A DNA stretch of 64,000 nt from Gammaproteobacteria bacterium (GTDB taxonomy: Bacteria; Pseudomonadota; Gammaproteobacteria; Ga0077536): positions 1,600,001 to 1,664,000 of the forward strand of contig CAXXLL010000003.1 of assembly GCA_963662545.2 (NCBI GenBank). The letters are read 5' to 3'. A program made the translations under genes and the position numbers. This document shows, piece by piece, positions 8,348 to 19,939 of this stretch (its first letter is position 1; each line of letters opens with the position of its first letter). Under the pieces are notes generated by a model, which saw only the letters and a list, made by a program, of their open reading frames with translations, was not told the origin of the DNA and ran no database searches.

Positions 8348-11300
8348 TGGCAGATTCAGGTTCGGATCCGGCAAAAGAAGCTTCCGCTCCGGGCGGAGAA
8401 GGCGGGCCGAAACCTCCCCGCTTGACGCAAAAGATCGACCGCGGTACGCCACCACGGCTTAGTGCGCGCATCGACGACTCCATTTCGGAGCCGGATCCCG
8501 CGCCCGCACCGGAAGAGGTGCACGCTGCGGAATCGATGGCCCGGTCCATGCCGCCGAATGGTCGAGCAGAGACCGCCGACCTGTCGGAGACCTTGAAGCA
8601 ACTCGTCGTGGAAAGCATGTCGAGCGCGATTGCGGAACTAAAGGAGGAGCTCACGCGCGAAATTTCACGCACGCTCGACAACGCGTACAAGCCCGGAGTC
8701 GAGGCCGCAAAAGAACGCGAAGATCATCACCCCATTCCCGCCGGTTCAAAGAAGCGATTAGTGATGGAAAAAACCTTCGACCCCCATGACATAGAAATTC
8801 AACGCTACGAGCAGTGGGAGAGATCCGAGGTGTTTCGACCGTCTGGTTCGGGCCCGCCCTACTGCATCATGCTGCCGCCGCCCAATGTGACCGGCAGTCT
8901 GCACATGGGGCACGCTTTCCAGGATACCTTGATGGATACACTCATCCGCTATCACCGCATGTGCGGGGACAATACCCTGTGGCAGTGCGGCACTGATCAC
9001 GCGGGTATCGCGACCCAGATCGTGGTGGAACGGCAGCTTGCGGCGGAAGGCCTGTCCAGGCACGAACTCGGGCGCGAGCGATTCATAGAGGCCGTATGGA
9101 ACTGGAAAAAGGAATCGGGCGGCACCATAACCAGACAGCTGCGGCGGATGGGCGCGTCAATGGACTGGAGCCGGGAGCGGTTCACTCTCGATTCGGATCT
9201 GTCCCGCGCGGTGCGCGAAGTATTCGTCACTCTATATGACGAAGGCCTGATTTACCGAGGCAAACGGCTTGTCAACTGGGATCCGGTACTGCGCACGGCA
9301 ATATCGGATTTAGAAGTCGTTTCTGAGGAAGAGACCGGCAAGCTCTGGCACATGCGCTATCCCTTAGCCGACGGCACTGGGCACGTGGTCGTCGCCACGA
9401 CCCGACCCGAAACCATGCTTGGCGATGCCGCCGTCGCGGTCCATCCGGAAGACGACCGCTATCGGCGCTTCATCGGGAAAACGGTCGAACTCCCGCTTAC
9501 CGAACGTCTCATCCCGATCATCTCCGATGAATACGTCGACCCCGCTTTCGGTTCTGGCTGCGTGAAAATTACCCCGGCCCACGATTTCAACGATTATGAG
9601 GTCGGTCAGAGACACGGCTTGCCCCTGATCAACGTGTTTAGCGACGACGCGACGATGAATGAGAACGCGCCGGAACGCTTCCGCGGCCTTGATCGATACG
9701 AAGCGCGAAAACGGATCGTCGCTGAGATGCAAGAACGAGGCCTCATGGCGCGCATCGACGAGCATAAGTTGATGGTGCCACGGGGAGACCGCTCGCATAC
9801 CGTCGTCGAGCCTTATCTCACCGACCAATGGTTCGTCAAGATCCAGCCGCTGGCGGACCCGGCGATCGCTGCGGTCGAAGACGGGCGGATCCGATTCAAA
9901 CCGGACAACTGGTCGAAAACCTATTTCGAATGGATGCGAAACATCGAGGATTGGTGCATCAGCCGCCAGCTCTGGTGGGGCCATCGCATACCGGCATGGT
10001 ACGACGACGCGGGAAACATCTATGTAGGGCGCGACGAAACCGAAGCCCGGGTGAAAAGCGGCATCGCTTCCTCCGTGGTCCTGCGCCAGGACCCCGATGT
10101 TCTCGATACCTGGTTTTCGTCCTCGCTATGGCCTTTCTCAACGCTAGGCTGGCCCGAAAAAACGCCGGAACTAGAGACGTTTTACCCCACCAGCGTACTG
10201 GTGACCGGTTTCGACATTATTTTCTTCTGGGTCGCACGCATGATCATGATGGGCCTGAAGTTCATGGGCGATGTTCCGTTTCGCGAAGTCTACATTCATG
10301 GACTGGTGCGCGACGCAGATGGCAATAAGATGTCGAAGTCCAAAGGCAATGCCCTCGACCCGATCGATTTGATCGACGGCGTGAGCTTGGAATCGCTGGT
10401 GAAGAAGCGTACAGCGGATTTGATGCGTCCGGAGGACGCTCCGAAAATCGAAGCCGCGACCCGCCGGCAGTTTGAGGACGGCATTGCGTCCCATGGTGCG
10501 GACGCGCTGCGCTTCACCTTTGCCGTGATGGCTACTCAGGGCCGCGACATCCGATTTGATCTAGGCCGTATCGGAGGCTACCGCAATTTTTGTAACAAAA
10601 TCTGGAATGCGTCGCGCTTCGCATTGACCGTATGTGAACAACATCGCGGAGATACCCCGGTGAGCGACATCGTTCTGGGAATGCCGGAACGATGGATCAG
10701 AAGCCGATTTGGCGACGCGATTGAACGGGTTAGCACTGCCTTCGATAGCTATCGTTTCGACCTTGGAGCACAGGCACTTTACGAATTCATGTGGGACGAG
10801 TACTGCGATTGGTACATCGAGATGGCCAAAGTAAACCTCTATGATGATGATTCGCCCCAGGCGGTAAAGGACGGTGTCTGCATGGTGCTGATCGACATTC
10901 TCGATGGCCTGCTCAGGGCGCTCCATCCTATGATGCCTTTCATCACCGAAGAGATCTGGCTTCGCTTGATGCAACTCGAGGGCGGTACGGCGGCAACCAT
11001 CATGACACAGGATTTTCCACGGGCGTCGGACTATGAACGCAGTAGTTCCGACGAAACCTCATTTGCGTGGCTGCAAGAATTTGTGCTGGGCGTGCGGCGA
11101 ATTCGGGCGGAATACGACATCGAGCCGGCGAAGCGCCTTCCAACGTACGTCAAAGGCGGCTTAGCAAATGAACGCGAATGGTTTGTCGAGTATCAACCGA
11201 TCATTGCGCAACTCGCACGTGCGGACCTCTCTGCGGGCGAACCGGAGAAACTGGGCAATGTTGCCACGGCCCTGGCCGGCGAGATGACCATACTCATCCC

Positions 11301-11517
11301 TTTTACCGATTTGATCGACCGCGACGCCGAATTGGCGCGCCTGCAAAGGGAACTCGAACGCCTCGTAGCCGAGATCGAACGCGCGAACAAGAAACTCTCC
11401 AATGAGAAATTCATCGAGCGCGCACCTGAAAACATCGTTGAAAAAGAGCGGACTCGGCTGCAAGAAGCAAGCAATGATGCCGACAAACTTCGATCGCAGA
11501 TAGCGCAGTTACAGTGA
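8347..11517 (+). CDS. valS: Valine--tRNA ligase with ~139-aa in-frame N-terminal extension (canonical start MEKTF at 8764)
   Basis: [34 protein letters not shown]-terminal coiled coil. Confidence 0.97.
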   Translation: MADSGSDPAKEASAPGGEGGPKPPRLTQKIDRGTPPRLSARIDDSISEPDPAPAPEEVHAAESMARSMPPNGRAETADLSETLKQLVVESMSSAIAELKEELTREISRTLDNAYKPGVEAAKEREDHHPIPAGSKKRLVMEKTFDPHDIEIQRYEQWERSEVFRPSGSGPPYCIMLPPPNVTGSLHMGHAFQDTLMDTLIRYHRMCGDNTLWQCGTDHAGIATQIVVERQLAAEGLSRHELGRERFIEAVWNWKKESGGTITRQLRRMGASMDWSRERFTLDSDLSRAVREVFVTLYDEGLIYRGKRLVNWDPVLRTAISDLEVVSEEETGKLWHMRYPLADGTGHVVVATTRPETMLGDAAVAVHPEDDRYRRFIGKTVELPLTERLIPIISDEYVDPAFGSGCVKITPAHDFNDYEVGQRHGLPLINVFSDDATMNENAPERFRGLDRYEARKRIVAEMQERGLMARIDEHKLMVPRGDRSHTVVEPYLTDQWFVKIQPLADPAIAAVEDGRIRFKPDNWSKTYFEWMRNIEDWCISRQLWWGHRIPAWYDDAGNIYVGRDETEARVKSGIASSVVLRQDPDVLDTWFSSSLWPFSTLGWPEKTPELETFYPTSVLVTGFDIIFFWVARMIMMGLKFMGDVPFREVYIHGLVRDADGNKMSKSKGNALDPIDLIDGVSLESLVKKRTADLMRPEDAPKIEAATRRQFEDGIASHGADALRFTFAVMATQGRDIRFDLGRIGGYRNFCNKIWNASRFALTVCEQHRGDTPVSDIVLGMPERWIRSRFGDAIERVSTAFDSYRFDLGAQALYEFMWDEYCDWYIEMAKVNLYDDDSPQAVKDGVCMVLIDILDGLLRALHPMMPFITEEIWLRLMQLEGGTAATIMTQDFPRASDYERSSSDETSFAWLQEFVLGVRRIRAEYDIEPAKRLPTYVKGGLANEREWFVEYQPIIAQLARADLSAGEPEKLGNVATALAGEMTILIPFTDLIDRDAELARLQRELERLVAEIERANKKLSNEKFIERAPENIVEKERTRLQEASNDADKLRSQIAQLQ

Positions 11518-11537
11518 ATGTCCGCTAGCTTGAAAAC

Positions 11538-11753
11538 TCAACTGGCGGCGTAGGCAAGTATGATTTTAACGAGTGTGAAAATCACCCCTACGACGATGAA
11601 CTGCGTCGCCAACCCACACGCGAAGTCACGCTCCCGGTTACGCGGGCTCTGTACGCCGAAGCCAGCGGCCATGACACTTCCAATCACCTCACTCAGGGTC
11701 ATGCGTTCATCGTCGTGAACCTCGTCCGACTGGTCGGGGGAATCGTTATTCAT
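11538..11753 (-). CDS. DUF2970-like small membrane protein
   Basis: SVMAAGFGVQS.RNRERDF followed by a TM helix. Confidence 0.8.
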   Translation of the reverse strand: MNNDSPDQSDEVHDDERMTLSEVIGSVMAAGFGVQSPRNRERDFACGLATQFIVVGVIFTLVKIILAYAAS

Positions 11754-11877
11754 ATTCGCGCCGTTTAAACTTTTGATCGAGTCGGATTATGATCCATCCG
11801 AATGACCGCTCGCTATGAAACTTAACTGTACTTCCGAGATCTATTAACTAATAGAAGCCCGCACCTGGAGCTGGACC

Positions 11878-12609
11878 ATGTTTGAGCGTATTAAAGAAGA
11901 TATCAACTGTGTATTCGACCGAGACCCAGCGGCGCGTCACGCACTCGAGATACTCACCGCGTATCCCGGAATCCATGCTATTTTGATACACCGATTCAGC
12001 CACTGGCTTTGGCAGATGGGACTGAAATGGGCTGCCCGGCTCAGCTCTCACCTGGGGCGGTTTTTAACAGGCATCGAAATTCACCCCGGCGTAACGATAG
12101 GGCGGCGATTTTTTATCGATCATGGTATGGGTGTCGTGATTGGCGAGACGGCCGAAATCGGCGACGACTGCACGCTCTATCATGGGGTCACACTGGGCGG
12201 GACTACCTGGGAGAAGGGCAAACGCCATCCGACACTAGAGGATGGCGTCGTCGTGGGCGCCGGCGCCAAGGTGCTCGGCCCGATTACAATCGGAAGTAAC
12301 GCTCGCGTCGGTTCCAACGCCGTCGTAGTCCATGACGTGCCCGCTGAGGCGACCGTCGTCGGCATTCCGGGACGAGTTACGCAAGCCGTTACGGAAAAAT
12401 TCCGGCAGCGGGCGGAAACCGCGAAAAAGATTGGATTTGACGCCTACGGCCAGGTTCGAGACATGCCTGATCCCGTCACTCAGGCGATCGATTCCCTGCT
12501 CGACCACGCCCGCGACATCGAGAAGGAAATCGCAAGCCTCAAGCGCAAACTCGATGCATCCGAAGCTGCCGCGCGAGACGACGAGCCGATTTCCGGCAAT
12601 TCTGCTTAA
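11878..12609 (+). CDS. cysE: Serine O-acetyltransferase
   Basis: [37 protein letters not shown] hexapeptide repeats. Confidence 0.97.
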   Translation: MFERIKEDINCVFDRDPAARHALEILTAYPGIHAILIHRFSHWLWQMGLKWAARLSSHLGRFLTGIEIHPGVTIGRRFFIDHGMGVVIGETAEIGDDCTLYHGVTLGGTTWEKGKRHPTLEDGVVVGAGAKVLGPITIGSNARVGSNAVVVHDVPAEATVVGIPGRVTQAVTEKFRQRAETAKKIGFDAYGQVRDMPDPVTQAIDSLLDHARDIEKEIASLKRKLDASEAAARDDEPISGNSA

Positions 12610-12771
12610 GGAGCCTCTGAATAAGTCATGGTGCGTCTGAAATGTTCATGAAATTGTGCAGATCAAGGCACGAATCGCAGGCCATAGCGGGGACTATGGG
12701 CAAGGTTCGTAACGCCGAGCTGCGCAATTTCATGGGCATTTCAGACGCACCATGACTTATTCAGAGGTTCC
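12610..12771 (+). mobile_element. MITE family A copy 1 (162 bp; TIR GGAACCTCTGAATAA)
   Basis: GGAGCCTCTGAATAAGTCATGGTGCGTCTGAAATG ... CATTTCAGACGCACCATGACTTATTCAGAGGTTCC; flanks TTAA/TTAG; five copies in the window. Confidence 0.9.
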
Positions 12772-12800
12772 TTAGCGCCGGCCGCCATCCTGCGGATCGT

Positions 12801-12857
12801 ATACTTGACTATTTTAGTGGGTTTCTGTCAGAATACCTGAGTATTTCACTCGGATTA
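12801..12857 (+). promoter_or_regulatory. Tandem type-1 IscR-like binding sites in the iscR promoter
   Basis: ATACTTGACTATTTTAGTGGGTTT and ATACCTGAGTATTTCACTCGGATTA resemble the ATASYYGACTRWWWYAGTCRRSTAT consensus; directly upstream of iscR. Confidence 0.8.
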
Positions 12858-12890
12858 GCGCCCGCTCGGTGCTGCAGGAGGTAGATATCG

Positions 12891-13358
12891 ATGAGACTTA
12901 CGACTCGGGGGCGGTACGCGGTCACAGCAATGCTCGACCTTGCGCTGCACTATGAACATGGTCCGGTGTCACTTGCTGAAATCGCCAAGCGCCAGGGCAT
13001 ATCGCAATCCTACCTGGAGCAATTGTTTGCCAGACTGCGCCGGAACAGGCTCGTAGACGGGCTGAGGGGGCCGGGCGGAGGATACAAACTCGGACGACCC
13101 GGCGATACCATCTCCGTGGCGGACGTTATCGACGCCGTCAATGAATCCGTCGATGCGACACGATGCGGCGGCCAGCGCAATTGCCAGGACGAGCATCGAT
13201 GCCTAACCCACGACCTGTGGGAAGATTTAAGTACCCAGATCCGGGATTTCCTGAGTGGGGTCAGCCTCGACCAGTTGGTAAAGCGTCAGAGCGTCCAAAC
13301 TGTTCACCGCTTTCAGGAAAAGCGAGTTTCCGATTTGCAGACTGAAGCGTCGATCTAA
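12891..13358 (+). CDS. iscR: Fe-S cluster assembly transcription factor
   Basis: [43 protein letters not shown] (three Cys plus His). Confidence 0.96.
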   Translation: MRLTTRGRYAVTAMLDLALHYEHGPVSLAEIAKRQGISQSYLEQLFARLRRNRLVDGLRGPGGGYKLGRPGDTISVADVIDAVNESVDATRCGGQRNCQDEHRCLTHDLWEDLSTQIRDFLSGVSLDQLVKRQSVQTVHRFQEKRVSDLQTEASI

Positions 13359-13392
13359 GGGTCGGCACACTGGGCGCCCGGAGGATTCTTTC

Positions 13393-13716
13393 ATGGCCAT
13401 TACATTGACTGAACGTGCGGCGGAACACGTCAAGAATTTCATCATCGAGGACGATATGTCGGCCGGCCTCCGCCTCGCGGTCAAACCGACCGGTTGCTCC
13501 GGCTACATGTACGTCGTCGAGTTGGCCGAAAATATACTCGAACACGACCAGGTATTCGAGTCGCACGGCGTACAGATCGTCGTCGACGCGGAAAGCCTCA
13601 AGTACCTCCAGGGTACTAATGTCGATTTCGCGCGCGAAGGCCTGAACGAGGGATTCCGCTTCGAGAATCCGAACGTAAGCGCAACCTGCGGTTGCGGTGA
13701 AAGCTTCAGTCTTTAA
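13393..13716 (+). CDS. iscA: A-type Fe-S carrier (IscA/SufA)
   Basis: GCSGYMY, EGLNEGFRFENPN, CGCGESF. Confidence 0.9.
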   Translation: MAITLTERAAEHVKNFIIEDDMSAGLRLAVKPTGCSGYMYVVELAENILEHDQVFESHGVQIVVDAESLKYLQGTNVDFAREGLNEGFRFENPNVSATCGCGESFSL

Positions 13717-13746
13717 GGCGATCAAAGACCCGAGGATTTGAAGCAA

Positions 13747-15195
13747 ATGGCAAGCAAGGCCCAAGAAGTCAATGAATTTGTCAACCGGCAGTACGATGCC
13801 GGGTTCTACACCGATATCGAACAGGACACTGCACCCGCGGGGCTGAACGAGGACACCATCCGCCTGATCTCGTCGAAAAAAGAAGAACCGGAATGGATGC
13901 TCGAATGGCGCCTCAAGGCTTTTGCCCGCTGGCGCGGGATGCGGGAACCGGTATGGGCCCACGTCAGCTATCCGCCGATCGATTTTCAGGCGATATCCTA
14001 TTACTCGGCACCGAAGTCGGACAAAGACCGCCCCAAAAGCCTTGACGAGATCGACCCCAAACTGCTGGAAACCTACGAGAAGCTGGGGATCCCACTCGAA
14101 GAGCAGAAAATGCTCGCAGGAATCGCGGTCGATGTGGTATTCGATAGCGTATCGGTGCACACGACATTCCGCGAAAAACTGGCCGAAGCCGGTGTCATTT
14201 TCTGCTCTTTTTCAGATGCGGTGAAGGAACATCCTGATCTCGTCAGACAATACCTCGGTTCAGTCGTCCCCGTTGCAGACAACTATTACGCAGCACTCAA
14301 TTCCGCCGTTTTCTCGGACGGTTCGTTCGCCTACATTCCAAAAAACACGCGCTGCCCAATGGAGTTATCTACCTATTTCCGTATCAACGCCATGAACACG
14401 GGGCAATTCGAACGAACCCTGATCGTGGCCGAAGAAGGCAGCTACGTCAGCTATCTCGAAGGCTGTACTGCGCCGATGCGTGACGAAAATCAGCTGCACG
14501 CCGCGGTGGTTGAGTTAATTGTTCTAGACGATGCAGAAATCAAATATTCGACCGTGCAGAACTGGTATCCAGGCGACGAGAAAGGCCGGGGCGGAATTTA
14601 CAATTTCGTCACGAAGCGCGGCGATTGTCGCGGCGATCGATCGAAAATTTCATGGACCCAGGTCGAAACCGGTTCCGCTATCACGTGGAAATACCCAAGC
14701 TGTGTACTCAAGGGCGAGCACTCGGTTGGAGAATTCTATTCGGTTGCACTGACCAACAATCTGCAACAGGCGGACACCGGAACCAAGATGATTCATCTCG
14801 GGCGAGGGACGACGAGTACCATTATTTCGAAGGGGATCTCTGCCGGACACAGCCAGAATGTCTATCGCGGCCTGGTCCGCATAGCCGCCGGTGCCGAGGG
14901 CGCGCGAAATTACACACAATGCGACTCCCTGTTGCTGGGTGATCGGTGCGGCGCACATACCTTTCCCTACATCGAGTGCAAGAATCCTAGCGCGCGAGTA
15001 GAGCACGAAGCGTCGACCTCGAAGATCAGCGACGACCAGCTGTTCTATCTGCGGCAGCGCGGAATAGGCCAAGAAGATGCCGTCAATATGATCGTCAACG
15101 GCTTCTGCAAACAGGTATTCAAGGAACTGCCGATGGAATTCGCGGTAGAGGCGCAGAAGCTGCTCGGCATTAGCCTCGAAGGTGCCATCGGTTAG
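13747..15195 (+). CDS. sufB: Fe-S cluster assembly protein SufB
   Basis: [37 protein letters not shown]; start after GAGGA. Confidence 0.97.
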   Translation: MASKAQEVNEFVNRQYDAGFYTDIEQDTAPAGLNEDTIRLISSKKEEPEWMLEWRLKAFARWRGMREPVWAHVSYPPIDFQAISYYSAPKSDKDRPKSLDEIDPKLLETYEKLGIPLEEQKMLAGIAVDVVFDSVSVHTTFREKLAEAGVIFCSFSDAVKEHPDLVRQYLGSVVPVADNYYAALNSAVFSDGSFAYIPKNTRCPMELSTYFRINAMNTGQFERTLIVAEEGSYVSYLEGCTAPMRDENQLHAAVVELIVLDDAEIKYSTVQNWYPGDEKGRGGIYNFVTKRGDCRGDRSKISWTQVETGSAITWKYPSCVLKGEHSVGEFYSVALTNNLQQADTGTKMIHLGRGTTSTIISKGISAGHSQNVYRGLVRIAAGAEGARNYTQCDSLLLGDRCGAHTFPYIECKNPSARVEHEASTSKISDDQLFYLRQRGIGQEDAVNMIVNGFCKQVFKELPMEFAVEAQKLLGISLEGAIG

Positions 15196-15219
15196 CATTC
15201 GACACCAGTGGAATAATAC

Positions 15220-15972
15220 ATGCTGGAAATAAAGAAACTCTGTGCGGAAGTCGACGGCACCGAGATCTTGAAGGGTATCGATTTACGCGTGTGCGCCGGT
15301 GAAGTCCACGCGATCATGGGCCCAAATGGATCGGGGAAAAGTACGCTAGCGCATGTACTCGCGGGGCGTGAGGGTTATACGGTTACGTCGGGTAGCGCCC
15401 AATTCAACGGCAAGTCACTACTCGATCTCGCGCCCGAAGAGCGCGCGGGTGAGGGCGTTTTTCTAGCGTTCCAGTATCCCGTCGAAATTCCCGGGGTCAA
15501 TAATGTTTACATGTTGAAGGCCGCGCTCAATGGGATTCGAGTGTATCGCGGTGAACGGGAATTGAATGCCGTCGAATTTCTAAAGCTCGTCAAGTCCCGG
15601 GTGAAAACGATCGGCATGGATGAAAAGCTACTCAACCGTCCGGTCAATGAAGGATTTTCGGGTGGAGAGAAAAAGCGTAACGAAATATTTCAAATGAGCG
15701 TCCTCGAGCCTCGGCTCGCCATCCTTGATGAAACCGACTCGGGCCTGGATATTGACGCACTCAAGACTGTCGCCAACGGAGTCAATGCGCTGCGAGATGG
15801 CCAAAGATCATTCGTCATCGTGACTCACTACCAGCGCATGCTCGATTACATCGTGCCGGACTACGTTCACGTCTTGTCGAAAGGCCGGATCGTGAAGACC
15901 GGTGGCAAGGAGCTCGCGCTTGAGTTGGAGGCGCGCGGATACGATTGGGTTAACGACGAGGTCGCCGCCTGA
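15220..15972 (+). CDS. sufC: Fe-S cluster assembly ATPase SufC
   Basis: GPNGSGKST, FSGGEKKRNE, LDETDSGLDID. Confidence 0.97.
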   Translation: MLEIKKLCAEVDGTEILKGIDLRVCAGEVHAIMGPNGSGKSTLAHVLAGREGYTVTSGSAQFNGKSLLDLAPEERAGEGVFLAFQYPVEIPGVNNVYMLKAALNGIRVYRGERELNAVEFLKLVKSRVKTIGMDEKLLNRPVNEGFSGGEKKRNEIFQMSVLEPRLAILDETDSGLDIDALKTVANGVNALRDGQRSFVIVTHYQRMLDYIVPDYVHVLSKGRIVKTGGKELALELEARGYDWVNDEVAA

Positions 15973-17312
15973 TGGATCTTTTCAGCGAGTCATTTGGCCA
16001 GGCGCTGCTGCTGCTCGAGGAAAACGGCAGCGATGGTATGCCGCCCTTGCTGCGACCGGTGCAGCAGGACGCGGCGAGTCGTTTCATGGCGCAGGGACTG
16101 CCGACGATCCGGCACGAAGATTGGAAATACACCAACCTCGTGCCCTTATCGAAACGGTTGTTTCACGTCACCGCGCACGATGATCGCGAAATGCTTAGCC
16201 ACGATGTTTTTCGAGAGATACGATTCTCCGCACGATGCAAATACCGCGCCGTGATGGTCAACGGCGGCTTCCGGCCCGATCTGTCGAACCTCGAATCGCT
16301 TGCCCACGGCCTCAAGGTGTACAGCATTCGCGCCGCCTCCGCAGCCGGCCACGACGACGTCGCCAATACCCTGGAATGCTCAATAAATAGAGAATCGGCG
16401 TTGACCGATTTGAACACGGCGTTCCTCCATGATGCCGTGGTCGTGGAGCTTGGCGAAGGCATTACCGTGCCAGAACCGCTGCACCTCATATTCATCGGAT
16501 CTGGCGACGCTTCTAATTTCCTGCGACTACCGCGCGTGATCATTCACGCGAGCCGCAACTGCTCGATACGCATCATAGAAGAATACGTGAGCGTGGGTCA
16601 CGACCAGGGACTGACCAACGCTGTGACGGAAATAACGCTGGACGAAGGCGCGACCGTTCATCATCACCGCCTCCAGGTCGAATCCAGGGAGGCGTCGCAC
16701 ATCGGCCGAATTTACGCCACGGCTGCCGGAAACAGCCGCTTCCTTTCCGATTCCGTATCCTTTGGCGCCAGCCTGGCTCGGATCGATATCGACGTTGCGC
16801 TCGCCGAGCAGGGCGCTTCCTGTCGGCTCAACGGTCTGTTTGTCGCTGGCGGCAATCAGCATGTCGATCACCACACGCTTATCGACCACGTTGTCGGAAA
16901 CACCCACAGCGATGAACTGTACCGGGGCATCATCGACGAGCGTGGGCGCGGCGTGTTCAACGGCAAGGTCATCGTTCGCAAGGACGCCCAAAAGATCAGC
17001 GCGCGGCAGACAAGCAACAATCTGTTGCTTTCCAGGTACGCCGAGATCGATACCAAGCCGCAGTTGGAGATCTACGCCGATGATGTCATCTGTGCCCACG
17101 GGGCTACTGTCGGTGAACTCGATGCCGACGCTTCGTTCTACCTGCGCTCGCGTGGCATGAGCGAAGAGGACGCGAGGGCCTTGCTGACCTATGCGTTCGC
17201 CGAGCGCGTAGTCGAGGATATTCCAGTCGAAGGGATTCGAAGATGGATAGAGAACCGCTTTATCCGCGGTGGCGGTTACCGTGATTTCATGGAGGCGTTG
17301 GCAACTGCATGA
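15972..17312 (+). CDS. sufD: Fe-S cluster assembly protein SufD
   Basis: EDWKYT, GVFNGKVIV, KPQLEIYADDVICAHGATVG. Confidence 0.96.
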   Translation: MDLFSESFGQALLLLEENGSDGMPPLLRPVQQDAASRFMAQGLPTIRHEDWKYTNLVPLSKRLFHVTAHDDREMLSHDVFREIRFSARCKYRAVMVNGGFRPDLSNLESLAHGLKVYSIRAASAAGHDDVANTLECSINRESALTDLNTAFLHDAVVVELGEGITVPEPLHLIFIGSGDASNFLRLPRVIIHASRNCSIRIIEEYVSVGHDQGLTNAVTEITLDEGATVHHHRLQVESREASHIGRIYATAAGNSRFLSDSVSFGASLARIDIDVALAEQGASCRLNGLFVAGGNQHVDHHTLIDHVVGNTHSDELYRGIIDERGRGVFNGKVIVRKDAQKISARQTSNNLLLSRYAEIDTKPQLEIYADDVICAHGATVGELDADASFYLRSRGMSEEDARALLTYAFAERVVEDIPVEGIRRWIENRFIRGGGYRDFMEALATA

Positions 17313-18577
17313 ACTCTTCGACGGCGGCAGTATCTTCACCGGTAGCGGATTACCGGCGTTTCGACGTCGCACGCGTGCGTGAAGATTTTCCCATCCTCAC
17401 GCGAGAAGTCAACGGCAAACTATTGGTGTATGCCGATAACGCGGCGACGACCCAGAAACCAACTGCGGTCATCGAACGCTTGCGCCATTATTACGAGCAC
17501 GAGAACGCGAATATTCACCGGGGCGTACATACGCTGAGCGAGGAGGCAACAGAGGCGTACGAAGCCGCACGGTCGACCGTACGGTGGTTTCTGAACGCGA
17601 AAGAAGACCGGGAAATCATATTTACCCGCGGAACGACTGAGGCGATCAATCTCGTAGCGCAATCTTACGGGCGCGCATCGTTGTCGGCCGGTGACGAAAT
17701 ACTGATCTCCGAGTTGGAACATCATTCGAACATTGTTCCCTGGCAAATTCTGTGCGAGCAAACTGGCGCGCGCCTGCAGGTTGCTCCGATCTCGGACGAT
17801 GGGGAAATCGACATGGTCCGGTTCGATGAACTGCTGTCCTCACGTACAAAGATCGTCGCCATCGGACACATATCAAACGCGCTCGGTACGATTAATCCAG
17901 TCCACGACATCGTCGAACGCGCCCATGTTGCGGGCGCAGTCGTGTTGATAGACGGAGCGCAGGCCGCCATCCACACAAAACTCGATGTACAGGCCATGGG
18001 TTGCGATTTTTACGCATTTTCCGGACACAAGGCGCTGGGACCGACCGGCATCGGCGTCCTGTATGGGCGCGAGGACCTGCTGAATGGCATGCCTCCATAC
18101 CAGGGCGGCGGTGACATGATCAAGGTGGTCAGCTTCTCCGGCACCCAATACAACGACATCCCCTATAAGTTCGAAGCAGGAACACCGAATATCGCCGGCA
18201 CCCTGGGTCTTGCATCGGCGCTGGAATACTTCAGCGCACTCGATATCGGCGGCGTCATTGCGCATGAAAACGAACTACTTGCCGTCGCCACAGACCGAGC
18301 ACTTGGCATCCCCGGCCTGCGGATAATCGGCACGGCCCAGCACAAGGCTGCCGTCATCTCGCTTACCATTGAAGGTATTCACCCACACGATCTCGGAACC
18401 CTTCTCGATCACCAGGGCGTTGCGATCCGCACCGGTCACCACTGCGCAATGCCCGTCATGGAACGTTACAAACTCAGTGGAACAGCGCGAGCCTCGTTCG
18501 CGCTGTACAACACCCTCGATGAAGTCCACGCCCTTTTTGACGCAGTTGAAAAGGTTCGCCCCATGTTGCTGGGCTAA
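17309..18577 (+). CDS. sufS: Cysteine desulfurase SufS
   Basis: DNAATTQKP, EHHSNIVPWQ, FSGHKALGPTG, RTGHHCAMP. Confidence 0.96.
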   Translation: MNSSTAAVSSPVADYRRFDVARVREDFPILTREVNGKLLVYADNAATTQKPTAVIERLRHYYEHENANIHRGVHTLSEEATEAYEAARSTVRWFLNAKEDREIIFTRGTTEAINLVAQSYGRASLSAGDEILISELEHHSNIVPWQILCEQTGARLQVAPISDDGEIDMVRFDELLSSRTKIVAIGHISNALGTINPVHDIVERAHVAGAVVLIDGAQAAIHTKLDVQAMGCDFYAFSGHKALGPTGIGVLYGREDLLNGMPPYQGGGDMIKVVSFSGTQYNDIPYKFEAGTPNIAGTLGLASALEYFSALDIGGVIAHENELLAVATDRALGIPGLRIIGTAQHKAAVISLTIEGIHPHDLGTLLDHQGVAIRTGHHCAMPVMERYKLSGTARASFALYNTLDEVHALFDAVEKVRPMLLG

Positions 18578-18589
18578 AGGCGAACGGTA

Positions 18590-19150
18590 ATGGATCAACC
18601 AAACGATTTCAGCCGTCCAATCTCCTTGACGCGCGATTGTGAGGCCGTGCTCATACCCGAAGGTTCGTCGATCACGTTGAAAGCCGGCGTCGAGGTCTAT
18701 CTAACGCAGGCGCTCGGTGGCTCGGTGACAATCAACGTTAACGGCAATCTAGCTCGTATCAGCCCTGAGAACGTCGACGCCCTAGGTATGGAGCCGGAGA
18801 CCCTGCCTGCTGATCGCGCGAATGACAAAGGTGACGGGTCCGTCGATATCGATCTCGTATGGGAACAGCTGGCAACGTGCTACGACCCGGAGATTCCAAT
18901 CAGTATCGTAGAACTCGGACTGATCTATCGGTGCGAGATTGTTCCTGGTGCGACCGGTAATCGTGTCGAAATCGACATGACGCTGACCGCGCCCGGTTGT
19001 GGGATGGGCCCGTTTCTGGTCGACGACGTACGCGCCAAAGTGGTCCAGGTACCCAACGTGAGCGACGTCGAGGTCGACCTGGTTTTCGATCCACCCTGGA
19101 ATCCTGAGATGATGTCGGAAGCCGCGCGTTTAGAGAGCGGCATGTACTAG
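18590..19150 (+). CDS. sufT: Putative Fe-S assembly protein SufT (DUF59)
   Basis: TQALGGS, TCYDPEIP, MTLTAPGCGMG, FDPPW. Confidence 0.93.
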   Translation: MDQPNDFSRPISLTRDCEAVLIPEGSSITLKAGVEVYLTQALGGSVTINVNGNLARISPENVDALGMEPETLPADRANDKGDGSVDIDLVWEQLATCYDPEIPISIVELGLIYRCEIVPGATGNRVEIDMTLTAPGCGMGPFLVDDVRAKVVQVPNVSDVEVDLVFDPPWNPEMMSEAARLESGMY

Positions 19151-19350
19151 TACCCCGTCACAGAGAGTTCGGCGTGTTCAAAGCCCCGCATCGGCACCCA
19201 TGCAAGGCGCCGGCCCGCAGGCAATGTTGAGGGGCGTCCGTCTGTGTTCTTGCAATCGCTAGAATTTACTTTGGCCAGTCCGTTGCTCGCGCGCCTTGCA
19301 ACTGTTGTTCTTCGACGCACTGAAACCGCCAGTATTTCTATGACGGGGTA
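19151..19350. mobile_element. MITE-like element (family E), 200 bp, inserted at the sufT stop
   Basis: TACCCCGTCACAGA ... TCTATGACGGGGTA inverted ends; flanks CTAG/CCAG; internal TGCAAGGCGC...GCGCCTTGCA. Confidence 0.7.
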
Positions 19351-19507
19351 CCAGCCCGCGCCAATTCGCCGCCCGCAACGCCCGATGGCAATGTGCATGT
19401 CTGGCCATCGACGCGACCGGCCAGACACCTGGTTTTACGTCCAGCAGACAGTATAATGTCGCCCGGTTTTCGACGCCTTATCAAGAAGTTAGGGGTAGTA
19501 CGTAAAC

Positions 19508-19936
19508 ATGGCAATTGAACGCACGCTGTCCATCATCAAACCGAGCGCAGTGCGTGAAAATCACATCGGCGCGATACTCGCCATGTTCGAGGCCACCGGG
19601 CTCAAGATCATCGCGGCAAAAATGCTGCGCCTGACCCGCGATCAAGCGGAAGGGTTCTACGGTGTTCACCGCAGCAAGCCGTTCTTCGACGAACTCGTGG
19701 AATTCATGACTTCGGGAGCGGTCATGGTGCAGGTGCTAGAGGGTGAACACGCGATCCAGCGCAATCGCGACACCATGGGCGCGACCAACCCTGCTGAAGC
19801 GGCACCCGGTACCATTCGCGCGGAATTCGCCACAAGTATCACGGAAAATGCCGTCCATGGCTCCGATGGCCCAGAAACGGCCGCAACGGAGATCAAATTT
19901 TTCTTCGACGAATCGAAATTGTCTGCCCGCGGCTGA
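19508..19936 (+). CDS. ndk: Nucleoside diphosphate kinase
   Basis: [22 protein letters not shown]. Confidence 0.97.
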   Translation: MAIERTLSIIKPSAVRENHIGAILAMFEATGLKIIAAKMLRLTRDQAEGFYGVHRSKPFFDELVEFMTSGAVMVQVLEGEHAIQRNRDTMGATNPAEAAPGTIRAEFATSITENAVHGSDGPETAATEIKFFFDESKLSARG

Positions 19937-19939
19937 GTC

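Noticed and set aside
8073-8455. ORFs 8073-8330(+) and 8099-8455(-) sharing MNLAQNYP
   Set aside because: The shared peptide is the TIR of element B read on both strands.
13261-14160. Long antisense ORFs (also 16527-17372, 28831-29652, 43428-44423, 51359-52300)
   Set aside because: Shadow ORFs opposite well-supported genes, expected in GC-rich DNA.
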